Positions 9,315 to 21,375 of a stretch of 64,000 nt of DNA are shown piece after piece; the first letter of the stretch is position 1, and each line of letters begins with the position of its first letter. Under the pieces are notes generated by a model that saw nothing but the letters and a program-made list of their open reading frames with translations, was not told where the DNA came from and ran no database searches. The stretch covers positions 3,090,259 through 3,154,258 of the forward strand of contig CM082591.2 in NCBI GenBank assembly GCA_040954595.2, written 5' to 3'. This DNA comes from Balanoglossus misakiensis. Lineage: Eukaryota; Animalia; Hemichordata. Made by a program: the position numbers and the translations under genes.

Positions 9315-12300
9315 ATGGATTCGTCAGGTGAGTACAATTAATCAGATCACCAGGGACGCGCCTGTGCTCACGACCGGATCAGCTGTGATATCGATCATCG
9401 ATGTATGATAAAAAATGTCTATTGCAAACAGAACAGGCTACTTTTTTCCTAACTACAATTCCCTAGTAGTATTTAGATTCTCCTGTCTAGATATTTTTCT
9501 CGAAAACGGCGTTGATGTCTGATACTAGGTGGCCATACTTTCACCGTTTTCCGTTCGTTCGTGTGCGACGTGACGACCGTGCTGTATTGATTATATTTGG
9601 GGTGAACCACCTGAAAAAGTGCAAAATAGATAATGTAGACAGTAGCCGGATATGTGGGCGGGCATATGTCATCTGTAATACCAGTAATATGCCAGCATAT
9701 ATTATAATTACCGTATGTCACACCAAACAAAACGGTTAACTGTTATGAGGTAGCACTAGCCTTTTTAATTTCTGAATCAATATTAATGCAAATTGATAAA
9801 ATTAATACAGGCTTTTAATAGGTTTCATATGTCAACGTTAACAATATTATATAATTGCTAACAATATGACGATTTACCCATAATGCTACCGCATAATGTC
9901 ATTATGGCACCATATAAATGTTTTCCGCAAAATTTTCCACTCAATATTTCAAACATCTGCTACCTTTATTATCCCGCTATTATTTCTTTAAAATATACTT
10001 ATTTTTGCATGGGCTATAGACAGTGTATACAATCAATGTTTTACCTTGTAACAACAAGTAAATGTGGAAGACCATATTGTGACACAAATACCATTCCTGT
10101 TCAACAACATAATCTTCTCAAGTTCTGGTATTATCTTACATAAGTCCAAAATGCAACCACTTACTATGTATATCAGATTGTCATCTTGGGAAATCTCTGA
10201 ATTTCTATTAAAACAAATTTTTCCTCGTAAAGAGCTGTAGTGCACTGAAGGATGGGTTTTAAGAGACTTCAAAAAAGATAATAATCATTAAACTTTAATC
10301 GCTGTACACGATTGAGGTTTGTTTCTGCTGTTGACCAATAACAAAGACCGTGCCATTGTACGAATGGCCTTGTGGCAGCTTTGTAGACTATACTGTCTAT
10401 TGAAAGTGTTATTGATCGAGGAGTTTAGGTTCATAGCACACACTTGAATGTTTACGCTACTGGACCAGACTGGTCCTTTTGACTGCACACTGTGTCTGCA
10501 GGTGTTTTTCAGATCACAATTTGCAGGGCAATAGCCTACAGCTAGTGCCTAGCCCTTGGTTGTACACATTGACAGGCTGTCTTGTAACCCTAGCAAAATA
10601 ACTGCACACTTGTAGTAGCCCTGGCACCCTGGTGGTATAATTTTTTCAAGCATTTGTAAATGTATACCTCTTAAAGCAATTATATCTCTGCACTGCTCCC
10701 AATAAATCACTTTCTTCTCAATTATCTCTTGTGTTCACAGGCGTCATGAGAGTGGTCGGAATGGTTGCCGTGGAAGCGGTGGTACTCTTAGGCGGCGTTT
10801 ATCTCTACAACAAAAGAAACCGAGGTAAAAAGAATAAAACTCACTTGACCTCTGACCCCTGACTCTCGCACACGGGATACGAGTGGCTTTAAAATTGTCG
10901 TGACATAATCAACTTTGTAGGATTTATGGCCAATTGCTGTTGACTATACCGTTGATATCTGACAATGTCTCCATTCTTTGCTGAGTGACCCTTTTGTACT
11001 CGCATCTCATTTTATGTTTTTTTCATCTTTTGTCTTTTAAGATCACCCTTTATAATCCCAACTGTTACACAAGGATGAGATTTAGTATTTATTTCGTTAT
11101 TTGAAATCTCATCAGTGAAAGACGCCTTGAAACTGCTTATATCATGCACAAGTATATGTGTTAGATCATTCCAGAGCAAATGTGTCCAGCCATACACATA
11201 CATTTGTACACTACTCCCAACAATACGTGTGGCTGTGTAAATACTGTATTAAAACATTCAATTATTTTGTTCGTATGTATAGACTGCTGGCCATGTTCCG
11301 TTTTATTTTCCGACCGCGCAAACAACACAAAGGCCTCACCTGATTAACGTGAGCACGGGAGATCTGATTACAATGGAGTAAAACTCGGTCCAGGACCGCT
11401 ATATCAAACTTATTGTGTAATGATGAATGGGGATCAGTTGAGTCAATGGTGGGTCTTTGTGGCGACCGGCTGCTTAGGTCACTTGGAGTGGTGCCCGTTG
11501 CCTGATTCGTGCAACGCCGTCTGTACATTGGAATTTAGTAGCAAGCAAGAAAAGTTCAAATTCTTGCAACTGGCAAGAGAATTTACCTATCGTTCAGAGG
11601 GAAGACTTCAATATTACTTTTTTTATTTTGACATCTGTACTCGGCAAAAATATTTTTGTTGCCACTAAAATGTGTTGAATGTATTCTGAAGACAGTTATA
11701 TTATATATGTTAATAAAAATTGTCAATTGTCAATAATGTCAAAGGTCATACCTGCGACCCCTAAATATAAATAGATCTGTAGGAATGACAGTTAAATTCT
11801 GTGTTCAGCCCGAGGGCCTTTGTGTAGTGTGATTATCTGTATCAGCTGTATTAAAGAGGGTTTTTTTTAATGAAACTTTTTACTGCATATTTAAATTATG
11901 TTTTAAATTTTTACTGTACTGTTTTGATTATATTTTTTTAAAATAATTAATAGTAGTGATTTTGCCCCTTTTATTTGATTTCATGTGATACTGATAAGTC
12001 CCTGTTTCTTGCTTTCCCAGGACAAAGTGTCAGTAACCATGGCAACACAATCAGTACACAGACTGAAGACGAAGAAATCACATCGGAAGACTTTACGATT
12101 GAGGAGGACACAACAGAACAGCTTTGCAATGATGTACCAGACTCAGGTCTCCGCCACTTGCCAGACTCTATGGAAACGAGGACCAGGGAGGATGAAAATG
12201 ATAATTTGAGAAACGGAGATAGCAAGGCTGGTCACCCTGGCAACCAGGATGATGATGACGGCGTTGGCAACATGAATGATGAAGTTGACAGTGCTAAGGA

Positions 12301-15300
12301 TGGAGTACCCATCGTTTGCGATGAAAGGACCTCTGATGAAGCAAGTGGTGATGCCATGGTTACAGAGAACCCAGTGAAGATGCAGGAGAACTTGAACGAC
12401 AAAGCACCAACCATGAGAAGTGACAATAGTAATGAGACAACTACTGATGAGGAATTAAATGTAAGTGAAGAAAAGATAGTCGTCTTTTCCGTGGAGCCGT
12501 ATCAAGAAAGGGCGATCGGGAGAAGTTATAATTGCGTCTTGGTTGAGGATGCAGAACAGTCTGGTAGTAGCACCTGCAGTGATCATGAGGCAAGATCCAT
12601 TGGAGAAGAGGGAAATTGTTTTGAAGAAGGCATAGAAACAAATAGCTGTGAAACTGAGCAGTTTGGTTTAGCCACAGAAGAGAAAAGATCATCAGATATG
12701 GAAGATGAAAGTACACCCAATGAGCTCTCTGAAGAGTTTGAAAATTTGGAATATATTCCAGATAAAAGTTGCCATGGCGACAGTCTCCCAGATGATGTCG
12801 GAGGGGATGGGGAGTCTGCTGAGCAAGAAGACTGGCAGTATTTGGATGTGAAGGATGGAGTTGAGGAGTTGATGGAGAAGACAGAATTGAGTTTGACCTC
12901 AGAGGGGATAGATGGGGGAATTTCAGGAGTGTCTGTTCAGTGTGGTGGAATGGACCTTCCTGACGGTGGAAGTGATTCTGAAAGACCTGTGTCGGACACG
13001 GAAGCAAAGAATGAAATCGAAGATGATGTTGATAATGCAGAAGTCTCAAGTGGTGGAAATTCTGAGTCTGGAAAGAAAATGTCACATGAGAATGGAAGTG
13101 AGATGGTTGAGGAAAATTCTCTAAAGAATGGAATGTTTGATCCAGCTGTGAAGGGAAACGATGATGACGTCAATACTATTCAGAAGGCCAAATCAGAAGA
13201 CAATGGTGATGATGACGATGACCGAAACACTGATGAAATGTTAGAGGGCTTTGATGTTGAACAGATGGACGTTGAATCGTTTTCATCAGAAGAAATCCTG
13301 AATGAGATTACTAATTCTCTGAACAGTCAGCCATTTTTGGATGACGTAAATCTGTCAGCAGATGTAGTCATGACTACAGAGAATGAAATGCAGGAAAGTA
13401 GTGCTGTAGCGATGGAAACAGATTTGAAATCAGATGGAAGTGGGAAGACTTCTGAAGCTGCTGGATCTAGTGGTGCCTTGGGTCACAAAGATGAGAGTCG
13501 ATATAGAGTGAATTCTTCAGAAATTCCGTCCATACAATCTGAACATTTACAGAGTTCTGTGGCCAGTGAGAGATATGGCAGTCAACCCATCGATGTGCCT
13601 CCCACCAAATCAGAGGTACCCGGCAAACCTGGCATCACAGCAGGACATACAACCTTAACAACCAGTGCCGATTGGCAGCCAAGCGAAATCGTAAAGTACA
13701 CACAACAGGGGGCGATTCCCAAACAGCGGACAGCACCTGAGTACGCCCACAGAGAACCAAGGGATGACACCCCTGTGAAATCCTCAACAACAGCCAATTC
13801 CCAGAAAGTCCTCTCCCCATCCACTACAGAATCTGTCCCCAAGAAACAGGATGCGATGACAGTTCAAAATCTCAATGGTAGTAAACCAAATGATGATGAT
13901 GGCGAAGGAAAACAAGGGAACCCACCGAGAAATCCTACAACAGAAGAAAGTCAAGTCAGCAATAAGAAACAATTTAAAGGTAAGCATCCATACATTATAT
14001 GATTCTATAGGGGTAATCCTGTTCTGTTTTAATGGGACATATAATAATAAATAACCCAATGTCAGAAATTAGCGACTTCATGCGTGTAGACATAACATAC
14101 ATACACATATGCATGCGTTTGTATTCTCGTTGCAGACTTTACAGCCAATACCTGGGATGACGACACAGCCAGTGACATCAGTGCTTGCTCGTCTGAGGGA
14201 AGCAGAATGACCAGAAGTATACAGGCCAGTCCGTCGGTGTCGAGTGGTGAGTGTACATGTAGAATGGAGATGAATTTTTGCATTGAGTAACACAACCCTG
14301 ACCCTATGGTCCCGACACAGTTAAAACATTTTCACTGTGCATAATCCCCTCACCAAATAACAATCAAAGTGCTCTGCTATGTAAGAACAGATGTCACATT
14401 GTGTCATGTAAATGGTGGTGTTGACAGGCATTTCCTTATAGCATTGTAATGTCAGGTCGCGCCCAGACATGTTAATAATGAATGTGTTCAGTGCTTTTGT
14501 GTGTGTGATATGTGTGTGTATTGCGCAGTGGGGAGCTCTCAGCTGTTGTGTTCAATTCATACCTTCGGGTACATCCGCCCAATTGTGGATGGTCGGTCAT
14601 ACACCCTATCCCAGAATGCACCACTGTGCCACATAGAGTCACCTTACTTAACTGTTATCTGAATGAATTATTAATTACAATGAATGCTTCACTTCACATC
14701 TGACGCCTTAATTCCACATAATATTGATAATAATTGACAGTTTTATAAAATATTAGTGGCAGCTTAGAGATGAGTTTGTAATTCATTGATTGTACAGTGT
14801 GTGCCGTTTGCATGTCACGAACATCTGGCAGATGTTATCTGAATCAAATTTTCCAAAATACAATTATTTCTGACAATTTAATTACCGGTTGTGTGTCTGC
14901 TTTCTGATGAAGAGACATGCTTTTTTCTCTTTATTGTATGTACCAACAGATGTGGAGTACTTTGGAAAGTTGTGTGAGGCCATCGCAAGGAGCGACAAGA
15001 AAGCATCGCTGCAGTTGATGAAGTACGTTGACCTCACGAGACAACAAGATGGCTTCACTTTGCTGCACATGGCCGCCAAGCACGGCGTGTCTGTCGTCGT
15101 GAGTGGGCTGTACGTGTACGGTGCCTTCAACCAGCTGTTGGAGGTCCGGGCCGGAAGGGAGACGGGGCGTTTCCAAGGTTTGACGGCAAGGGACATTGCT
15201 GAGAAGTGCAGGCATGTGGAAATTGTCCAGCAAATTGATAAATTCTACGAATGCGAGTATTACTTAAATTCGCTTCACCAGGCAGCACGCAGCGGCAAGG

Positions 15301-16538
15301 TAGAAATGCTTAGAAAATTATGCGAAAATCAGATGAATGTGAATGCTGTTGGTAACCACGGTAACACACCGCTATACATGGCAGCTTGCGCAGGTAGATT
15401 ATCGGCAATACAGCTGCTGCTTAAGTACGGAGCCGACGTGTCTGTTGTCTGTGATCGCGAGAAAACTGTCTTGCACAAAGCGGCTGAATGGGGTCACTAT
15501 GATGTTGTCAGGTACTTTGTGTCTCAGTGTCACGTGGATGTCAACGTGAGAAGCAAAGACGGTATAACGCCCCTCCATTTAGCTGCAGCATACAGTGGCA
15601 CAGACATCGTCACGTTCTTAGTAGATCACAACGCCTCGATTAACTACCGCTCGCATTACCATGAAACGCCACTCTACTGGGCGGTCGCTCACGGTAATAT
15701 AGACGTAGTGCAGCTTCTCGTGCAGAAGGGCGCGCGCTCTGAACTGCAGACATCTGCAGGTCTGCAGGATTGGAACTATCTCCACATCGCTGCCTCCAGT
15801 GGGCACGTCGATATGTGTCTCTACCTCATGGATCACGGTTACGATTTACGAAGCGTCACGCAGAAGGAAATGGAAATGAACGGCCATTACGCCAAGGGTG
15901 TAACTGCATTACACCTGGCTGCTGGCCATGGGCATCAGAACCTCGTCAAGTTTCTGACCGAGAACGGAGTCGACGTGAATACACGGGATTCTTCACAGTG
16001 CACCCCTCTGCATTACGCCTCGCAGTTTGGACACCAGAACGCCGTACAGCAACTTCTCTACGACCGAGCAGACGTCAACGCTCAGGACCAACACCTGTTG
16101 CTGCCAATCCACAAGACCGCAATGAACGGGCAAGCAGAAGTCACTGATATCCTCGTTCAAAAAGGTGCGCGATTAGACCTCCCTGCCTCCGCGAAACACG
16201 CAGGTTGCCTCCCGCTTCACCTCGCGGCTGCCAAGGGTCACTACGACGTAGTGCTGCTGCTTCTGAAACGCGCCGCGGCTGTAAACGCCACCGATAACAA
16301 CAAGCAGACCGCTCTGCACTTTGCAGCTAAGAACGGTCACCTTGATGTCGTTCGCCTCCTCTTCTCAAGTGGGGCCTCTCTCAACTGCAAAGATCAGAAA
16401 GGTGACACGCCACTAACGCTATCGCTTAAGAAAAACCACTGGGAAGTCTCCAAATTCCTGAAAGGAATCGGAGCAATCGGACGAACACCCATCCGGCAAA
16501 AACTCACCAGATTTAGCTTCGGTAGCCCAAGGTCTTAG
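9315..16538 (+). CDS. Membrane-anchored acidic-linker ankyrin-repeat protein, ~1251 aa. Exons 9315-9327, 10741-10824, 12021-13979, 14136-14246, 14950-16538
   Basis: All four introns are phase-1 GT-AG and the exons total 3756 nt in one frame. The protein reads MDSSG-VMRVVGMVAVEAVVLLGGVYLYNKRNRG (hydrophobic helix plus basic flank), then ~690 aa of D/E/S-rich low-complexity sequence, then about 14 ankyrin repeats (GFTLLH, GNTPLY, GITPLH, ETPLY, GVTALH, CTPLH, QTALH, GDTPL). Confidence 0.85.
9452..9463 (+). promoter_or_regulatory. ACTACAATTCCC motif (ZNF143/THAP11-associated) near the first exon; second variant at 8425-8444
   Basis: Exact ACTACAATTCCC at 9452-9463 and actacaattcctagaaatgc at 8425-8444 flank the CpG-rich first-exon region. 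Confidence 0.55.
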
Positions 16539-17062
16539 AAAATGGCCACAATTAAGTCACTACATTTGGACTGTAAAAATTTTGTAAAACTTAAAAACTA
16601 TTACAAAAGCAGGTGAGGAATACATAAATATTAATGCTTAGCATACATATCTACTACATTCCCCGGGTAAGCCTTCGTAGATGATTTCAAGATCTAGCTA
16701 AATTCACAAACACTTTTAAAAGTATATGTAACCATAGGAAAGTACTTATATTAGTTAAAAGTACTAGGGCGGAGTAAATTCACACTGCTACTGTTTTCTG
16801 GATGTCACTGTCCACTTTATTTTAGTACAAAACGTTACAAGTTAAAAGTACTACATGTATTTCCATGAGATGTGCATGTGGTTTCCAAAGTCACCATTAG
16901 CTGGTACAAGGTGGGTGGAGCCACGGGCAGACCAATTAGGAGCTAATAAATATATTGATTGGCAGTGGTCACTCTGACATGTATATTTATTGAACTGTAA
17001 AGATTTCAAAGAATTTGACTTTTAAGTTGATGGAAATGATATATAGTTTATGTGTAATCAAG

Positions 17063-17085
17063 ATATATATATATATATATATATA
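17063..17085. repeat. (AT)n microsatellite in the 3' UTR region
   Basis: About 11 AT units read directly. Confidence 0.95.
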
Positions 17086-17708
17086 ATGGTGGTGTTCTTT
17101 GCAAAATAGTGAAATTTCAAAGAGTTATGTAGATAGTGATTATGCTCGAACTTTCTGCACAAATGTAATTTGTGTCTTTTATTTTGATGTAGTAAGTTTG
17201 TTTTGATGAATTGATGAGTAGCACAATGCTACATCACAGTGTGTTATGCAGTTTGTTTGGATATATATTCGTATATGCCATGGGTCATGTGTTGATGTGG
17301 TTGAAATACTTGTAGTGAAATACTTCATTCTGCCTTGTGGGTATAGTGATGCCAGTTTTCGAACTACCTCTCCACATACTTTTCGTCTCAAAGATTCAGC
17401 ATTTTGGTTTGCCCACCTGTCTGTTATTTTTGCTATGAGTACTTGCTGTTTATGAACTGACTTGGATTATTTTTAAGCAGATTTTACGCTTGAAAGATTG
17501 ACAATTTGCTTTGTTTTCTGTGCAGGTTTTTGTTTGCAATGAGTTTTGTTTTTGTGAATTTACAATATTGAGCTTTATAAGGGTAAGAAATGCCCAATTC
17601 TATGCTATTTACAAGATTGTATGTAGTTGCTCATACTTTGTTCTGCAGAGTTTTTATTCTGGTAAAGAGTTTTATTCTATGAAATATATCATCTAGCAAA
17701 ACTACACG

Positions 17709-17852
17709 AATAAAGCAGCAAAATGTTACAAAAGTGTGTCGAAAATTATGTATATTGGCCGCCATTTTTAATGTGTACTTCAGGGGAGGGGTCATACAGG
17801 GGTCAAACGAATTTTACCAAAGACTGGTTGGTGGCGCACTTCAAAATGGCGG
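17709..17852 (+). promoter_or_regulatory. Candidate polyA signal of the long ankyrin gene, followed closely by the Rieske-gene promoter with two opposed YY1 motifs
   Basis: AATAAA at 17709-17714, ggccgccatttt at 17757-17768 and caaaatggcgg at 17842-17852. Confidence 0.5.
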
Positions 17853-17917
17853 AAGAGAGGCGTGTTTAAACTTGTTGACATGACAAACTCGTCATGTCTA
17901 TATAACAACTTTCCTAC

Positions 17918-19911
17918 ATGAATGCTTCCAATAAGAGCTACTTTTTCAAAATTGAGAATGTTTTCTTCGAAGGTGAGTAGAAAATGAAAAACTAAGTGGA
18001 GAAACTGCTAATTTATGGTCCGAATTTATGGTCGTGTTTGGTTGTCATTCTCGATATCGATCAGTTAAAACTTGTCTTGACTTGCAGTGGTGGACTCTCT
18101 CTATCCTCCTGTTTTTATTTCGTTGCATTTTAAACTGGTGTCGGTGACAGTTGGGACACGGTCACTAAAAAGGTGGTCCAAGTGCATGCGTACTGGTGCG
18201 CAGATTTGTTAGAATATTCTTGACAAGTCGTTGTTTTCATCGCTAGGTGTGAATATCGATCTATTGTCATTGATCTTGGAAGTGAGAACGAGTCCTTGTG
18301 GTTTGTTTAGAGACAAGCGTATGAACAAGCCGAAGTGTTGCTTTTCCAAACACAAATGACGCGTGCTTGTTAGCATTACAATAGCGAAGTTCAAGTTCAA
18401 GCCGCTGGTATTGGTTGGTTTGGTGACGTCATTCCAATTGGCGAACGCCTTGCAAGTAAAACATTTTGAGCTTTTCCACTTCCGTCTGGCCACTCTGGTC
18501 CACTGCATGTCTCTGTCGCAAAAGTTCAACTACATGTACTAGTTACGTCGTGTAACGAAAACCATCCATTCGCGCACAGTGTGGAGTGACTGAGGTTAGC
18601 GAGAGCGGGTCTGAAGTTGTATTTTAAAGAACCACTTGGCCAGGTACACGTGTCAGTCGCCCCCACGTTGTTGATACCAGTCTCGGATATGCCTGCGAGA
18701 GGGAGCTATCCAAGCACAGTTGTGAATTTTGATGGCGTGTTTTATTTCAGCGTCGACAGTGTCAACTTTGAAGGTAGGATATCAGACAGAATATCTGACT
18801 GAGTGTTTTTGTTGTGTATATTGAGGAAATAGTAAGAAGCTTCTATGCATTGTTAGCAGAGGAAGGTATACTCTTCTGTACATGATGTGCTAGTTGATAT
18901 CCAGGACTTTTGGATTTTTCTCAGGATGTAAATACTGAAAAAATGCCAAAAGTGGTGGATATACACTCTATAAAGTGGCAAGAATGTTGGTGAGGCAAGT
19001 CAGCCAAAAGTGACATTAGGAACTAAGTATCTTTTTACCCTAGATAACCAATGTGGCACTTTTCTTTGCTTCAGAGCTCTATGACTGGGCGGATGTCAAA
19101 CAGAAATGCCGGGTCCACACCGTGACAGGGAAGAAACTGCGTCGCCAGAGCAGCACGGCTGCTGGTCATTGCGTCCAGCTGAACGGTCAGAAGATCGCCC
19201 TATTCCGCCATGGTGGTAAGGTGTATGCTATCAATGAGAAGTGCCCACATGCAGGTGAGTCCTAATGGGGGTGGCTGTGTGAGAGACTTATGCAAGAAGA
19301 CATATAGCCATCTCGCATCAAAGTATATTTCATACTGTAGTTCATGTTGTTGGCAAACAGAGCACCCAAGTCAAGTGGTGAAATCAGACCATAAATTGGC
19401 CACTGATTACCATGGTAGAGGTCTTGTATCTCCCAGACTTGAAAGTTGTGTGAGAACAGTATTCTATTGTTGGAGAAAGATCAACATTTGGGGTATTTCC
19501 TGTTCAAGAAACCTCTTTTGCATAATATTAACATCAGTCAGAGACACCTGTTAATTGGCCTTTACAATGGTTCATCAATGACTTGGTTGACATAACCACA
19601 ACCTGTTAGCACACATCTGTAGAAAAATCTCGCCACCAGTGTATCATGCACTTTATTTGTTATTCTCTATTCTTCTTTCTAAAGGTGGTCCTCTCCACAT
19701 GGGAGACATAGAAGACCTCCCCGGGAAGTCCCCCTGCATTAAATGTCCCTGGCACAGTTGGCGGTTCGACTTGGACACCGGGCGAGTGCGCCACCCCAAA
19801 GGTCGGGGCGTGGCAGCAGTTGTCTACCCAACCAAGGTAGACCACGAGGGCAATATTTACATCGGCTTTGAGCAGTTTTCACCTCACTTCTTCAATTCTG
19901 AAGATTTTTAA
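17918..19911 (+). CDS. RFESD: Rieske [2Fe-2S] ferredoxin-domain protein (RFESD-like), 153 or 163 aa. Alternative first exons 17918-17972 or 18689-18773, then 19075-19254 and 19685-19911
   Basis: Both ligand boxes are present: NEKCPHAGGPL (CxH, with the exon junction just after it) and IKCPWHSWRFDLDTG (CxxH). All introns are phase-1 GT-AG. Stop TAA at 19909-19911. The symbol is assigned from architecture, not from a search. Confidence 0.85.
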
Positions 19912-21375
19912 AGAACAGGGTGCAAAAAAAAACAACCAAAGAATTGTTATTTTTAATATCTTCTTTATGTTTTATATTTTTTTTCTCATCTCTTGATTGA
20001 TGAAACGCACAGCATTAGGTTTGTCCACATGTGTATATGTACATGCAAGTGTACACAAAGTATTTATGTTGATCATAGCTGACCGTGCATTCATATACAT
20101 GTAATGCAATAATCGTAAGACTGCCATTACAGAAGGATATTTTTGTATTGAATGATATTTTAAAAGTTTTTAAAACTTTTTTAAGTGCAAAGTTGGTTTG
20201 CAAATCATGTTGCAAAATAGGTAACTGGTGTTCAAAAACCTAAATCACGCACATTTTGCAGAAGAAATTGCCTCTGAGTGTCCAAGAATATGATAAACGC
20301 ACATTTGTTTTCTCAGGGAATTTTTCCTCAATTTATGAGACATTACTGCCATTTTTTGATTTTTAATATTCAGGAGTTTCTCAAAGCTAAATTTGGGAGA
20401 TTTTTTTCCTTTCACTGTTGATGTCATTCAGAAAATTTTGTGATTTTTTTTTGCTTTATAGACGATTTGTATCTATATTGGACTTTTTTAAATTTTTACT
20501 TTAAATATCTATTTCTCTTCAGAAAATCATGATGGTAAAATTGCTATTTCAAAAAGACTTGCCATTGATAGAAATGGCAAAATTTGTGAATAATATTTTG
20601 ATAACTGCCATTTTGTCTCTAGTAGACTTTGCTGTCTTCTGCACCTTTTTTTCTTTATATTTGATAGGTGTTTTATTACTTCAGTTTTATAACTTTGGCA
20701 ACTTTTTCGTTTCATTTGACACAATATTTTAAGATTTTTTTTTATATATTAGTAAATTGTTTTATTTTTCACTGCCAGTCACTTTTCAAATTTCTATGAG
20801 TGTGTCACTTATGAATTCACTAAAGAATTAAATTTATACGTTTCTTTTCAGTTTTGAGTTGAGTTATTTTCTTTCATAATTCAAGGCTTTTATATGGTGG
20901 CATGTGCAATACTGCCAAATCCTCATTCTGCTTTTAATATTCCCGATAGGTGAAAAAAAATACCAAGCTATAGCTGTCACAACAGTGCCAGACCCTGAAT
21001 CCCTGGACATTTACCACAAACCCTGATAGTTCCCAGTCACCAGTGAAAGCCAGGATTAGGGTAAGTGTCTAGAGGGAATAGGAATGAAATCGTCAGTCCA
21101 AGCAAATAAGTGTGTCTCCAGTAAAAGACTGATGAACACTGATAAATGCATCACATTTAGGTGTTCTATATAAAATGACAAAGTTGGGTTCGATATAAAA
21201 TATTTCTTTATTGTTGACAATTTCTTGTCCACCCATTCTTTTATGAATCACTCCTTACAGGGCACATAACATTCACAAACTGCTCATGTGAAACAAACAA
21301 CAAACATCATCCATAATTATAAATAGAGAAAAATCAAGCATTTCTTGAATAATAAATTAGTACAGGAGTCTTTCC

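Noticed and set aside
14950-16538. Horizontally acquired or endosymbiont (Wolbachia-type) ankyrin gene
   Set aside because: The array is intronless, but it splices in phase to upstream exons and has a local paralogue. Nothing in the sequence indicates bacterial origin; a phylogeny would be needed.
20220-20830. AT-rich stretch between the convergent Rieske and PI-PLC 3' ends as a transposon
   Set aside because: It looks like a decayed repeat, but no terminal repeats or target-site duplication could be fixed.
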